Below are positions 27,226-41,220 of a stretch of 64,000 bases of DNA, piece by piece (within the stretch, counting starts at the first letter, position 1; each line of letters begins with the position of its first letter). A program made the position numbers and the translations under genes. This DNA comes from Eremomyces bilateralis CBS 781.70 (lineage: Eukaryota): assembly GCA_010015585.1 (NCBI GenBank), contig ML975151.1. One strand, written 5' to 3'. Below the pieces are notes generated by a model. It made no database searches. It was not told the origin of the DNA and worked only from the letters and a program-made list of their open reading frames with translations.

Positions 27226-27942
27226 TCACTGTTCTGCCTGTAGTTGGTGTAGCCCGGCGCTCAGAATCTCCATCATCCTGACCCCGAGAAATCGGGCGCT
27301 CTCATCCCCAGGTACAGGAGAAGTCAACAGCGACCCTTCGCCCCAGCCCACCGGCAGGGTGATTCGTTTCCGCAAGCTTGAGTCCAGAAGTACCACGGCA
27401 TCCAGGAGCGTCTGCCCTCCGCCAAGAGGGTGGAGCAATCCGAGGGGAACAACCGTGCGCGGTTGTACTATGAGAGTAGGCATCGGAAACGGAGAGCAAG
27501 TTAATGAGCTAGCGATGCTCTCGAGAAGCGGGTGTGAATCCCGCAAGACAACATAAAAGCAGAGGTCTGGATGCAAGGAAGCCAACGCATCGAGATGACG
27601 GTGCAGTAGATCCACATGAATACGTGTACTTTCCACAACAGCGAGCACAATCGGCGACGTATCCGATCGAGGTACAGTATCGCTCGCTATTCCTTTGGTT
27701 AAAGGGGCTTGCTGAAGAAGGCGAGATGCGAGAAGGGGTTGGATAGGGAGCCGGGGGCAATCCGATAGTTGCATGAGAGGAGGCCCATCGTGCTCCGGCA
27801 CGGCTCGGCTCCGCTTGATCGTATCGTAGATAGACGGTTTTTGTGTGTCTGATTCCTTTTCCGGTAGTGATTCAGGCAGTGGAGGTGACGAAGAACGTCC
27901 TCTCTTTCGTGAATACATTGTGCTCTCGAGCACACGAGGCAA
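27226..27942 (-). CDS. Hypothetical protein
   Basis: 238-aa ORF occupying a gene-sized slot between ODC and ATG5. Its C-terminal half looks globular (LLHPLGGG...DAVVLLD...LPVGWG). Confidence 0.55.
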   Translation of the reverse strand: MPRVLESTMYSRKRGRSSSPPLPESLPEKESDTQKPSIYDTIKRSRAVPEHDGPPLMQLSDCPRLPIQPLLASRLLQQAPLTKGIASDTVPRSDTSPIVLAVVESTRIHVDLLHRHLDALASLHPDLCFYVVLRDSHPLLESIASSLTCSPFPMPTLIVQPRTVVPLGLLHPLGGGQTLLDAVVLLDSSLRKRITLPVGWGEGSLLTSPVPGDESARFLGVRMMEILSAGLHQLQAEQ

Positions 27943-28460
27943 GACACCCTGTCAGGGTCTGTCAACGGCAGGGAATGGATGGAATCATCACGCTGTCATC
28001 TCAACAGCGGAGCTGCTGGGTCGCGGTTGGTACGTTAATATGCGTATACCGTACAGAATACAGGATGAAATCCGTTAAGAGTCGACTTGGAACTGGATGG
28101 GAATGAGGAATGCAAGAAAGGCTTCCTGTGGACCGAGCTTCCGGCATATTTAAACTTTGAAGTGACACTGGGAAGCGGGAGCGTCCGTGGGGTGACCAAC
28201 GACCTGGGCTATTCTGTGATTTCCGTCAATGTACACGCCGTCATATTTATACTCGATCGTACTTGTAACGAAGTTGTCTTTCGTATGGACTACAAGACCA
28301 GTAGCATGTGAGGACGACTTGTATATTCTCATAAGGCAGCGATGTCCACCCATTTCCCTCCTGCAATATCGAGAACATCTAAATAACCACCGTCAATAAC
28401 CGGTATGCTTCACGATATGCGATGCATCCGATCTCATCTTCCCCATCTCGATTCTCCACC

Positions 28461-29713
28461 ATGACATTTGAGAGTACTCTGGCAAACCTCCAAAGGAAGG
28501 TTTGGTCAGGCTCCATACCGTTTGAGATTAGATTATCGAATGTCGAATGCAGAGTATATGACCGCTCCGACCCGTATCTCGTACGTTTCTCCTACACCGA
28601 CACTTTTCGCTGTTTCGAGACCATCTATCATATTAACTAGGGATACAGGTGAACTGCCCACGTCTATCCTATCTCCCACTACTTCTGCCACAGCTTCATG
28701 CTTTCTTCCAATCGGCCCTCATAGATCCCACGAGTGAGCCCCGAATAGGCTGGTTCTCTTTCCAAGATGTGCCACTGCACTGGCATTATCCGACCGGGCT
28801 GCTGTACGACCTGTACTCCGGAGCAAAGCCGCATTTTTCGACGGTTCGACGGCACATACGAGGCTCCCGTCCAAGTGAAGAGAGGGATCGCGAGAGGGAC
28901 AGGCCGGCAAGCCAACAGAGTGGTGCCGGCCTCGGGATGGACGACAACCTTTCGGGAAGGATAAAGGAGATAAGCCTTCGGGATCTAGATGATGTCGTAA
29001 TGGACGGAGGCTATCAAAACAGTGACGATGTCGGAAAACTGCCATGGAAGCTGGTGGTTCACTTTAGCGACTACCCCATGGACGCCCTCATTCAGCTCGA
29101 CAAGGACGGCAAAGCACTCGAGGACGTATTTATCAATAGTGTCAAAGAGGCTAGTTTCGCCAGGCACGGTAGTGGAAAGGTTGTCATGTCGTTGGGGGAG
29201 AATGATTCGAAGCAGCTGTGGAAGTCGGTGGAGCAAAACGACCTTCTCATGTTCAATGCTATTAACAACAAACTCCTCAATGCGCCGGGGGCAACGATGA
29301 GGAGCATCCCATTCAGAGTTTTCTTGCCGACCACATCACACGCAAAAGCAACGCTATCACCTACCCGAGGATCCGCTCTGTCTGCTCCCCCAGGTCCAGC
29401 AGGCTCACCGGTTGTATCATCACCAAATCCAGGGCAAGAAGCGACTGCATCTCAAAACACTGCAAGCATTTTGCGGATGATCCAACGTCTCTTACCGCCA
29501 ACACTAGCCCCTTCCTCTCGTCAAGGGCAGACATTAGGAACCGCACTTCATTCCGTACTTCCGACCCTGTTCCCCTCTCGAAGACAGCCCGTGCTTGCAT
29601 GGCCCGTGATACACGGCGCAGTGGTTCCAATGGCAGCTCCGCTGGAAGAATTAGGGAAATGGGCAAGCTATGCGGACGGTTGGGTGACCGTGGGTGTGGT
29701 GATGATGGAATGA
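28461..29713 (+). CDS. ATG5: Autophagy protein Atg5
   Basis: [56 protein letters not shown] and IHGAVVP. Intron ~28581-28648. Confidence 0.93.
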
Positions 29714-31411
29714 TCCAAACCAGGCATCTAGCCTCTCAGTGGTTGTAATGCTTCGACTATCAACAGTCTAAATCCTTGCATGGAGGTCATAATATTGCCG
29801 CCAGCTGCGGATCTATGGGATCGGTGGAGGTAGGGGTTATGATTTAAGGGTCTCCTGTTTTACTCCATCTCCCTTCCCTCGCAATTCAGCCGTTCTGGAC
29901 TCATTCCACGATATCGGTAGAATGCTTGGGCTCAATCATTCGTGGACAAGGGCGACCGGCATACGATCAGGTGGAGAGTCCTGTAGGGCCAACTTTAGGG
30001 CGTACCTCATATTTGAAGGGTCGTTGGACGATCCTGACCTACATGAGCCTCAAACAACGTTATTCTTAGACCCGATTGCGAACGTGAGTAAAGAATCTAC
30101 CTCGCCACGAAAGTCGAATCAACACGGACTATTCACGGAGCACGACATACAGATATCGGGTGTTTCCAGCCATCCTCATGGACATAATTAAGCCGGACAT
30201 GGTTGGACACCACCTCCACATCCGTACCCACGAGTCGAGCTTAGAATTCCCGACTTAATTTGTACTGCGAGCTGGCATTAGAGTTCATAACTGTTGACGC
30301 GTATCCGTACCTATCACTCATCTCATAAGTCATATCAGAGTATGAGACTTTTGCTTTTCCTTGTCTCAACGGAGAACGGGAGTGGCGGGAAGATACGGCG
30401 CCATCCACAGCACCGTCCACCTTGACGTGCAGTTCTCGAATGAATCTAACCGCTTTTCGCTGTCTACATCTCCACGTCTAGGCCTACCGACTCCCATGAA
30501 ACCAGGAATTCAATCCTTTGACATGGAAGTTGAGATATCTAATATCTTACTACGTACATCTCCCTTCCTACCTGCATGTCGCTATACGGGTCCAGCTTTC
30601 TCCGTCTCCTGACTCCTCTTGGCTTGCATTATTGCATACTAGCAGCCACTGTGCCACGCGATGCAGAGTTTCATCTCCGACGGGTGGGCGATATTGAAAA
30701 ACTAAATGGTGTCAATTGATGAAGTTTCAGCTTCAAACAGATGCAGATCTTGAGGCTCATTCGGTTCCCGTGCTTCCGCCTCCCGCTTGTCTCAAGTGCT
30801 CGCCGATCTTGGTCGACAACTAACAACTGTGGCAAGGGATCCCGAATGCTTGTCCCGGTAGTCTGGCCTAAGCAGGTCTACACTCTACAATCCATACGTG
30901 TAATAAGAAACAATCGCCGAATCTATTTCCTGAATCGATACGACTTTCCGGCCATAATACGGCAATGGCTAAACGCCAAACGGCACGTTCTGCTGCTTCC
31001 AGTCGTCATCCCCAGTTCTCCTGCATCTGGATGCAAAGCAGTACTTACTGGAGCCAATTGTATGGTCTCTTCAATTCCCTTCATGCGCGCCACTTTGCTC
31101 ATTTTCGCATCTCGAGCTTCGGCATCTGCATGTCTCCATCATCGTCAACAAGGTTTGCTAAGAATCCTTTTGCCCTTGTCGATCGCTCATCGCCGTCATT
31201 CTGGACGATGGCAACCCCGGCCTCGATAATTAGTTCGTTCCTGAGTCCTGAGTGAGCATGTCTCCATGGAGAGCGCCTTTATTTCCCGGTTCTTATTCCC
31301 TGTCCGTCCAGTTCGTCTATCTCTTCCGAACATTTTTTGCGCTTTCGATTCGTTTCCATTCTTCAGTTTGTTGAGATTTTTATGCGATCACAGTCGCCCC
31401 TCTGACTCGCG

Positions 31412-33227
31412 ATGTCACTTCCTAAGGTCTTTCTTAGCTCTCTACTATTGCTTCCTGTTATTATATTCGCCGGCAAGTGCCCGGATCTTGCTGGAGACTT
31501 GAAGCAGAAGTTGTCGTCTGGGGTGACAATTGAGAGCAACGATCCTACGGTAACACGATGGAGCGAATATGGAGCTCCAAAACCCGCATTTGTCGTCAAT
31601 GTTGCGGCCGAGAAAGACGTTGCAGCCACAGTAAGAGCCATCCTCTGTTTCACGTCTCTACTCCTTATAAAGATGAATGGGGACTTCGTATTTCTGTCAG
31701 CGGATCAACCCCTTGCCGGGCTGCATAGGGAACTTCTTTCTCGCGATCAAGAGCTTCCGAAGTATACCTATATCCAGTCGCATTATCGAGGCCGTGCAAC
31801 TGTCGAGTTTAAGACTTGCTTCGCTGAAGAACTGCTCGATAAAATCAGGAGAGGAAGCGACAGTTGACCCGGCAGGCATCGTGGAAGACTGTTACTCGTG
31901 ACCAGACCTTATTCTGACATGGATGACCAGGTTAAATATGCCGTTTCTAAGAATATCCAATTCTTAGCGCAAGATGGAGGCGCAGGATGGGCGAAGACTT
32001 CCACGATTGATAATTGCGATGTTGTGATCAACATGCGGAAACTGAACCAGGTGACTGTGAGCGGCGACAAAACCACACTTACACACGGAGGCGGTGCGAT
32101 CACATCCGAAGTTATCGACGCTGCCTATGCAGCAGGCGTTCAAGTCATCAGTCCCAATTGCAACTGCGTTGGCAATATGGGTGCGTACCTTGGTGGTGGA
32201 TATTCTCGGTTAGCCGGCAAGTACGGGTTAGGCGTGGACAACCTGCTCTCCGTCAACATGGTCAACGCAGACGGTGATCTTCGCACGGTCACAGAAAAGA
32301 GCGATCCGGCCCTGTGGTGGGCTATCCGTGGCGCAGGACCAAACTTTGGCGTCGTCACCAGTGCTACGATTAAGGCGTACGAAGTCCCACAGGAGAAGAA
32401 CACCGCGTGGCTAGGGGGCCTCATCTTCACCCAAGATAAGATTGAAGCCTTGGTGACGGCGATTAACAACCTGAAACTTCAATCGCAGATGGCAATTTTC
32501 CTGTATTACGCGACCTCGGAGGGGGAGCCCAATGTCATTACGTTCCCTTTCTGTGCGGGTTGCACTGCGGAGGAAGGAAAAAAACTATTTGCATCGATAT
32601 ACGCACTCGAACCTGTGGCCGATACAACTGCCGTCACTCCTTTCAACGAAGTCAACGCTGGCGGCGATACGTTTTGCGAGTTTGGAGGCCGTAAACCTGC
32701 CTATGGCTCGGGGATGGCAAAATTGGACCCCGCAACTTGGAGAGGGATTTGGGATGACTACGTTGCCTGGCTGAAGAATCCTGGAACCGAAGCTAGTACC
32801 ATATTGATGGAAGCGTACAGCATGGATAAAGCAAGAAGCATATCGACGAACTCTGCGTCGTTTCCGCACCGAAATACGATCAACTTCCATGGAGTCGCCC
32901 TGCCGTGGTACACTGATGCCGCGCTTGACGGCGAAGCGGAGTCGTTTGCCAACAAAGTGAGGACCCGATTGAGGGCTACGGATGGTCTAGGAAAGGACAG
33001 CTCGTGAGTTTTCGCATGGCATATACACGCACTGGGGAGGTGAATAACCTGTGAACAGTTACATTAACTTTGCTCATGGGGATGAATCTCTTGAAATAAT
33101 CTATGGCGACAGCCTCAGCAAACTCAAGGCCACGAAGGCTGCCAATGACCCAAAGAACGTTTTCAATCAGTGGTTTCCACTTTCGAAGGGCCGCTCCAAC
33201 CAGGCTCCTGCTACTGATGAGGCATGA
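31412..33227 (+). CDS. Secreted FAD-linked oxidoreductase (BBE-like / FAD_binding_4)
   Basis: Signal peptide, CVGNMGAYLGGG, YGLGVDNLLS, LWWAIRGAGPNFGVVTS, and BBE tail YINFAHGDE...DPKNVFNQ. Introns ~31631-31930 and ~33004-33058. Confidence 0.9.
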
Positions 33228-33879
33228 ACGGTTCGGATGAATGTGGATATCCTTATTTTGTACAGTTTTGGCGCTTAGGACTGGCTAGGATAGCCTGGGT
33301 ATGTCATGCTTTCACTTTTTTGCAGGCCAGGCTTTTGAATAGCATGCCCACCATTACTTACCAAGTACGAGACGAGCGCATTCCTCGGCAAGGTAGAATT
33401 TCCCGCTTTGCAGTCTAATATAACGTCAAGACACCACCATGCAAACGCTTAACCTTTGTGAGATACGTGTGATAATAGACGGAATGGTCGATCGGTGGCC
33501 ATCTATGCTTATACCAAACGGTCTCTCTGACTGGGGCGAGGACCAAAAGTATAGCTGCATATCCCAATTAAGATACAGGATCGGTCTGCTGAAGTTGAAA
33601 TATAGACGGTGCTACTTCAAAAAATCCTCCCAAGCGCAATAGCAACGATGTACGCATGGTTTTTCAGAGACAGGAACCCAAGCTCGCATAATGGAGTATT
33701 CAGCAGTGGTACTATGAAAATAAGGCTTCATATGTTCCATGGCATCTTAGTGAGGCCTCCCAATAGACATTCTACTCCGTTCATATATCGAGAGGAAACT
33801 TGGAAAAATTGTACCCTGTAAAGAAAGAAAACCCGCTTGATAGCTAACCATAAACACGTAATCGGTCATGGAGGGGGGA

Positions 33880-35688
33880 CTATATATGTTCCCGCTCCCA
33901 GCGCATATCCCTGTGGACATGAATCGAATGAAGCGAGGGTGCGGTACCTCGACTCATCCGGCTGTATTCACCCTGCTCTTCTTGAACTCTTTCATCCTCC
34001 CCTTTTACCCCTCTGAGCACTGACCAGTGACGGCGATCTGCGCTGCTAGCAACTTCATCCTCAGGAGAGAAGTCTAGCTTCGGACTGGGGATTGTCGTGG
34101 AGTTCAAAGAGTTATGCAATGTCGCAGACGAACTAGTGTTGTTTGTTTCGGTCACGGTCGCGTGATACAGGGCGCCGAGTTCCAGATCCGAACCTTTATC
34201 GTCATCCATTGAACTGTTCCTGGCCTTGTCAGATGAAGGAGTGGGAGAGTTGCGCGAGGTTCCATCTATCCTATAACTAGGCTTCTGTGCATCGGCTGTA
34301 AGGTTTCCAAACGAACTGCCTTTTGATGTGCTTCTTCGTGAACCGCCAGTAATGGAGAGAGGAAGCCATTTCAGTAGGACAGGTCTCAGTGTTGGGAGAC
34401 AAGCTGAAATACAAGATAGGGAGCCCTCGATCGTGGACCAGTAAAATACTGGAGTGGTGTAATCTGGAAACGTATGTTAGGAGAGCTATTGCGAAAATCG
34501 ATACTCTGCATCTTACAAGTTACATCGTCGAAGTGGACCATCAGATCCCTGCCAACTTGAATGAAGACGATGAGTCGAGCGAGTGACGCAGCAACAACAC
34601 TGTTAATACCATTAGCTGCCACGCTCCAAAAGTTCTTCCTGAGATACTAACCAGCCACCAAGGAGAAACATGCCACCAACAGCAACCTTCTGTTGCAGAG
34701 GCAGCCTGAGATTCCAGACCATCGGCAGCGGCAGCGCCAAGATGATAAAATCTGTTACAGCATCGGTGACACTGATCGCCCAGTAAAACGAAACGACGTC
34801 CACGCAATAGTTTGCGTATTCATATTCGAACTTCGTCCATATTACTGATATCGGGATGCATTGGCATAGATCGGCAACGAGGAAGCCCAGGGCCCAGACC
34901 AAAACCACGCCAATCATCACGTCGACAACAGTCTGGAATGGTTTTGTGACGAAAATACGCCGATACAGAAAAAGGACAGAGAGTTTGCATATTCCCAAGA
35001 TCGAGAGATTTAGGAGGTGGATAACAATCTTCATCTGTAGTTGACGCCAGTTCAATCAGCTTTGTCCTGCATGGGCACAACTTATGATGAGTTGGCCAGA
35101 AACCTTGACGGATGACAAAAGAGCGCAGCGACAGCCGGAATGCGAAGACACCGTGGCTATCACGAATATAAACCGAGAGACAGATCAAAGCAGCTCAAAG
35201 GCAGCTGAACCCATTCCAAACTTAAAATATCCCTTGATGGCCGCAGGAAATAGCTTACCTTTTCGTAATTGACCAACTCCCGATGCATAATCAGTTGTCC
35301 ATCAGGGCCAAACACTTTGCTTTGATGCGATCCCAATTCTCCATGTATGGCATCTGCTCTGAACGTTAGCAATTACTCAACTGAGTCGAGAGAGTAAAAC
35401 CCACCAGCGATCAGAACTGTTCCTATCGCAAGGTTGAATATCTGAGCCAAAATAGTGCTGTCAGCATCATCTCATCCATGGACTCGTCCATCTAATAGCG
35501 AGCCGCGTCTCTTGGATGTTATGAACATATAGACGTACCACTGCGGGAATGATAAGCCAGTCGTCAACCTTGAATGGCGCTCGAGTAAGACGCCTGGCGT
35601 AGAAGCGAAGGAGAACAAAAGGTATTGGCAAAGCCCCAAAAATGGCACCCAGCGCAATTACCTGACCCTTCGAGTACCCAGCAGTCAT
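33880..35688 (-). CDS. Pth11-like rhodopsin-domain integral membrane protein (CFEM-less)
   Basis: VLLRFYARR...DDWLI, KLSVLFLYRRIF, CQCIPIS, TDFIILALPLPMVWNLRLP...K...GMFLLG. Multiple introns. Confidence 0.85.
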
Positions 35689-36917
35689 CGTTTTGTGTTG
35701 AAGTAAAACGAGATCGTAATGCTAGATTTTAATCGGAATGACGATGGTATGAAAAATTCGGGAAACATTCAGAATAAAATTGATAGACGGAAAATGGACA
35801 ATGATATTGACAATTGGCCATTGGCGATTGAACATAATCCTCGTGAAACCTATTCTTGGGACTCAAGGATACGATACCGATATCACAGCTTGTACAAGGA
35901 ACTGTAGACTTGTTCCTACCAATGAATGACAGACGAGGAGCAATAAGAGCCTAACAAGGCATCGTTCCTCATATCGGACAGCGACCACATTGTAGCGATA
36001 TACAAGACTAAGCCATTCAGAGATGGTTACCTACTTAGGAGGGTCTCTGGGGCTGAGCTGCGGTGGTCGCATTCCGAGCGGAAACGCCGCGACATCGCAC
36101 AATTGTACAGCTGTGCCATAATTGCCATAATTGCACCTAAGAATGCTTCCCTGGTGCTCTAGAGTGAGTCCGCCGATGCAAGAGTGTGTCAGTTGATGAT
36201 TGACGTGGGGCGGACGTTGTCGACGTTGGGCTGTGGACCAGAGAAAATATTGGAATTGTCCGTGCCGGTTTCTAATCCGTGTGAGACGTCGAGTTACGAG
36301 CGGCGACTGGCAGTTCGGTTGGTACAGCAAACGGAAGATGATCGCCGATCTCCCTCCAAATCGGAGGTAGATCAAGGCGTTGCAGATGCATACTCAAAAG
36401 AAACAACTCCGAGTCTTGTTGGTTATCGTTGTGGTCGGCCGCTACTCTAACTGCAACGGCAGGGATTGGCAATCGTCACTCGAGTATTCCAAGTTCCAAC
36501 ACCTCGAACAAAACGTAATAGACATGGAATCGTTCCGGGATGTGTTTATCACCGATTAGGAATAAGGCAAGACTCTTCCGAATACAGGCCGCGAATAGAA
36601 CTACGAAAGGAGATGGCGAACTATTCGCACGCCTCTTTGGGGCGGCTAGAATGGCGACTACCTCTCGGGATGCTCTGTCTCGGTTCTTCTCGGCATATTC
36701 CCAAAGGAGTAGGTCAAAGGATGTAGAGCTTTTTGAATGGAAAGAAATGTGAATGGTTCTGGGGCGAACATTGTCCAAAAGTATTTCATTGCCATGGCAT
36801 TATCAGATATGGAACGTCAAATTAGAGAGGTGACTGCAGTGTGGGACAGTTCCGTGGCGCAAGCCACGCTGCACCCCTTGCCCAATGTGACGGACCCTCA
36901 AGTGTCACTGGAGTGAG

Positions 36918-38429
36918 CTACATATCCACGGGTTTTGTTTCCTCTGGCTGCCAGACAGCTTCGATGAACCCAAGAGCAGAGCCTTCAGGCGTCCATGCAT
37001 TCAACATTTTGAATCGCGGGTCCGTCATTGCGAACAACCCCTTCCACTCGCCGAGTTCTCGTTCCCTGGAATTTAAAATCTCGATCTGTGTTATGTCAAC
37101 TACCCTACGCGGAGTCAGTCCATCCAAATGTTACAGCTTCTGTTCATACTGACCGTGCTCTCGTCTCGCTCCACCACGAAACAGTCCCAGGTTCCGGCAG
37201 AACATAGTCGTTGATTAAGATTCGTGCCCCAGGCTTCAAAGCGGGGATCAAGTGCTTCAAAAGTTGCGCGGCATTGCTATCTGCATACCCGTGCATGATC
37301 CATCGGAAGTAATAAATATCCGCGTCCTTGACTGGTTGCTCAGTAAAGAAGTCGTGCGACATAAACTTCACACGGCTGGCCCATTCTTCATCCGGAAGTG
37401 CGGGAACCGATTCAATGATCATAGGAAGATCCTGAATGATGAAGTTGATATCACCAAATTCTTTCGCCAATGCAATTGGGATGGAGCCATGCGAACCACC
37501 GATATCGACAATGGAGGCAGCTGGTGGGAGGGAGCGCCAAGGATACCCTTTCAGCACATGGTCTGCACTGTATGTTGGATTCGCGCTATATGCACCCATC
37601 GAGTTTGCGAACCGCATACCCCGGTTGGGCTCCGCGGCCAGGACGTGGTAGATAGAAGAAGTCGAGTTATTTGCCAACGTGAACCCCTGAGAGAAATGAG
37701 TAGGTTCCAAAAGACAAGGTTAGTGGGGTGTCGATACCGTCTCATGCGGGAGATCCGACTTTTGCCATTTCTGAAGTGCATCAACAGTCTATTCTGGAAT
37801 TATCAGTTTTCTGCTGAAGCAGAAGGAGAACAGCCAAGGAGCACTCGACTTTGGTAGCGGCTGGCCAAAGATCTTCCACCGAGACGGCAAGGAAGTCACG
37901 CATCTGCTCGTCTTCGAGAAGAACCCTGGAGACAGCATTGTGAGCAACCATTCCAGGTTGGGGCTCTATAAAGAGTCTTCTCAGAATGGCATGGCGGAGA
38001 AGCCGTTGAGCAACATGCTCGTGTATGCCACACGAGGCAGCAAGCTCAGCATAGGAGATTTTCTTGTCAATGGGAATCCGGTTTGCGATCCCATATCGAA
38101 TGATAGCTTGCGAACTGATCAAGTCGTTGTGCTAAAGGGCCAGTTACCATACTGATCAGAATATAAACCGTCGTCTTCGGCGATAAGCTTACATGCTCGC
38201 CCATGACTTGGATGAGTTCTCGTGGTCCGATCAGCAGATCGTGCAGCTCCTTTGTTGCTGATAGGACTGTTTCCCGAGATTTTCTCAAATCTCTTGAGTC
38301 TGCATTGGACAGCCAATCTTGCGCGTTCACATCCCATGAGGGAGGTGGGCAGCCCTTGGCTTCCAGACAACTCTCAATGACGTCGACATTGTCCAAAATG
38401 CTCTGGGCAAGAGATCGGAGGGATGACAT
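36918..38429 (-). CDS. SAM-dependent O-methyltransferase (Methyltransf_2, secondary-metabolism type)
   Basis: N-terminal dimerisation region (ISYAELAASCG...RLLRHA...VAHNAVS), IVDIGGSHG, QDLP, HDFFTEQPVKDADIYYFRWIMH and ERELGEW. About 4 introns and the frame appears intact. Confidence 0.92.
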
Positions 38430-40061
38430 GATTCAAGCAACGAATTGAAAACAGAGCAGGTATATCTGTTGATCGTTTTGTCGTGTCAATAAATCACGGA
38501 AGCAATAGGATACCTGTTCAGAGGCAGTGAGATACTTGTATATAGTCAGAAGCACACAGTTTACCTCAGGGGTATATATACCCAGGCTTATGTAATCTTA
38601 TGTAATATACAGTATATACTGTCTACAAGATGCGATGACTAAGTAATAGCTTCGGATCTCCGACAATATCCTCCTACCCTTAGTTCCTGTGGTGTGTGAA
38701 ATATACAGGACTTTATGGGTCGAATAGGGGAGAGCCGTGGGGAGCATCAAAGACGGAGAAGAGGAAGGTATACAGACGCTTGACCTATTAGCTTCTTTTG
38801 CACAAATATCCAGACTGGCATTGGCGTTAATCAAGTCGCAATCGGTAGAATAACAGCGGAACAAGAAGCATCCGCTACCTGCTTTTCCAAGCAGGTCCCT
38901 AGCTTGTAAGCCGTTGCGGAGCAGGAGAGGTTGGCAGCGGATATTGCATAGCTTGATGGAATCATTGCATCGTCTCCAGCACCTGTACTTCCGTACGGTG
39001 TCGTCTCTGGTGTTGGAGCGATGTGAACCACAGTCCACATGAAAGGTGATCGGAGACCGAAGAATTGAAGCAACCCTACACGAATCCTAGTAACGGAATG
39101 CAGGTCTCGGGCCTAGCCGAGAAGGGCTGCCTGTAGGTATCCTCACTATCCTGCGTCCTAAAGTTTCACTCTTTAGAATTTAGATGAGTAAGATTTGCTG
39201 TCAAACCAATCCGACCTCACACATCGTCAATCCCGCATCAAAACGGCCACGTGCATGTGACTACCCCTGGCCAGGCATTTTGGCAGCGACGCCATAGTCA
39301 CGCGACAGCCACTCATCCCTGCTCCCTTGCCATTGCGACTGCCAGGCATCAACAACAATCGGAACACATTCGAGAATCTCTGTCCTCGCGCTTCGGGATT
39401 TCAATTCCCAGCCTATTATTGTTCATCCCGACCATGTTCCGAAATCAAATAGCATCTTGGGACCCACTACCAGGAATGGAGTTCGACTGCCAGCCTTGGA
39501 AGCTGAAAGTGACTTCTACGTCGTGCCATAATAACGCGCCGACAACAAGGCACATGTGGCACCTCTGGTGATAGCACCGAACAATCCACGGAAAGGCGAC
39601 GCATCTAACTACAAGAGTTATCCAGCCTCATTATGGTTCCACGAATAATGAAATGTTTGTATGGGTTGTAAGTCCTCCAAGCGTAACTCAGCCGCTGGCG
39701 GTCTATTTGCTGTGGAGATGGATTGGCCCTACAGGTGGGGTGGTACATGTACAGCCCACGGGATGATCAGCAATTGATGATCTATATCCGGAGCCTTCTA
39801 TGGCACTTCCGTCTGGGCGGATTCCGGTTTTACTCTAAACCCCTCCAGTGCCGGCCGTTATTTGGAATGAGCGAACGGTAAGTCAAGCCGAGATCGAGCA
39901 AGCCAATGCTTACTCGCTGTGGCATATTCTACCATAAGTTGGTTCTATATCCCGGCGAATCCTTGGAGAGAAAGGTTAGGATTCTACAAAATCGTTGTGA
40001 CCAAGAACACTACCCCATAAACTTCATATATCATCAGTTTCTTAAGCATTTCGTTTTCTAA

Positions 40062-40782
40062 ATGGTGTTCGCATTCTTGAACAACAAGACGCAGTCATAT
40101 TCAAAGCTTGAAACAGGCGAAAATGGCGAAGAATCAGCTACTCACCAGTCACACCAAACTTTTGGACGTTGGAGAGCCGTCGTTGGAGTTCTTGTCCTCG
40201 TTTGTATTTCCGCTGCCACTGGGTTCCTCACTGCAAAGTGGTGTGACTCTGGTCCAAAACACTATGGCGAGTCTGTTCTCCTCCGTAAGTCTGAAAATGT
40301 CACTACCTATACAAACCCTCTAAGGCATATCAGCACCATCGGGTTCCATCACCACAGTAATGAAATACAACCGAACGTTTTCGGATCCACCATCTGAAGA
40401 CACTTCCCAAGCTTGGAACGGGATCTATCCAAAAGGAGTCGGATTTGTTCAGCACCCAACCCTCGCGCCTGAGCCTTCAGGCCTCTCTGTTTTCCATCAA
40501 CTCCATTGTCTGGACGCTCTGAGGATTGCTTATTATACCGCGCTGCAAGGCCATCCTTCTCATCCAACCTCACATGCCGATCATAACGAACATGATGACC
40601 CCCACCATGTGCGGCACTGTTTTGACTATATCCGCCAGAGCCTTATGTGTCATGCGGACACTAACTTGGAGCCTGTGGATCCAAAACTTGGAGGCACCAC
40701 AGGTTGGGGAAGTCCTAAGACGTGTCGAGACTATCATTCCGTGAAACAATGGGCTAAACATTGGATGGCAAGAAAGGAGTGA
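40062..40782 (+). CDS. DUF3328/UstYa-family oxidase #1 (223 aa)
   Basis: N-terminal TM helix, intron 40285-40333, twin HxxHC motifs FHQLHCL and HVRHCFDYIRQSLMCHADTNLE, and GWG...CRDY. Confidence 0.93.
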
Positions 40783-41220
40783 TTGGAATTTTCTTTGCGT
40801 TTAGGGTATTCAAGAATATAATTTGATGAATCCATCAATCCTATGCAAGTACAATAGCCGTAATGGAAATGAACATGTATCTTCAGAACCATGCGATTAA
40901 TACTAATGCTGTGCTCGGTAAACCTCTATAATCGCAGCAAAGCAGTAGTACATAGACGGCCAAGGGTGTAATAATCTCATTGTTGAATGAAACATGATAT
41001 TTTATTTTCTACCCTTGCTCATCTCGAGTTATGAAGTATAAATCCCGAGCTCGCGCTCCTGAAGTGAATTAATCAGGAGAACAGAATCGCACATTCGTTG
41101 GAAATAAACGTCCACGAAGCTATTCCTTCAAACGATAAATCTAAATCATACGCACTCTGCGTACAGTGATCCAATGCCAACGCCAGTCATACATGCAAGC
41201 CCAAGCAAGAATTTGGACTC

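Noticed and set aside
30880..31260. Possible decayed coding relic on the minus strand at the island's left edge
   Set aside because: It has several in-frame stops and no recognisable family motif.
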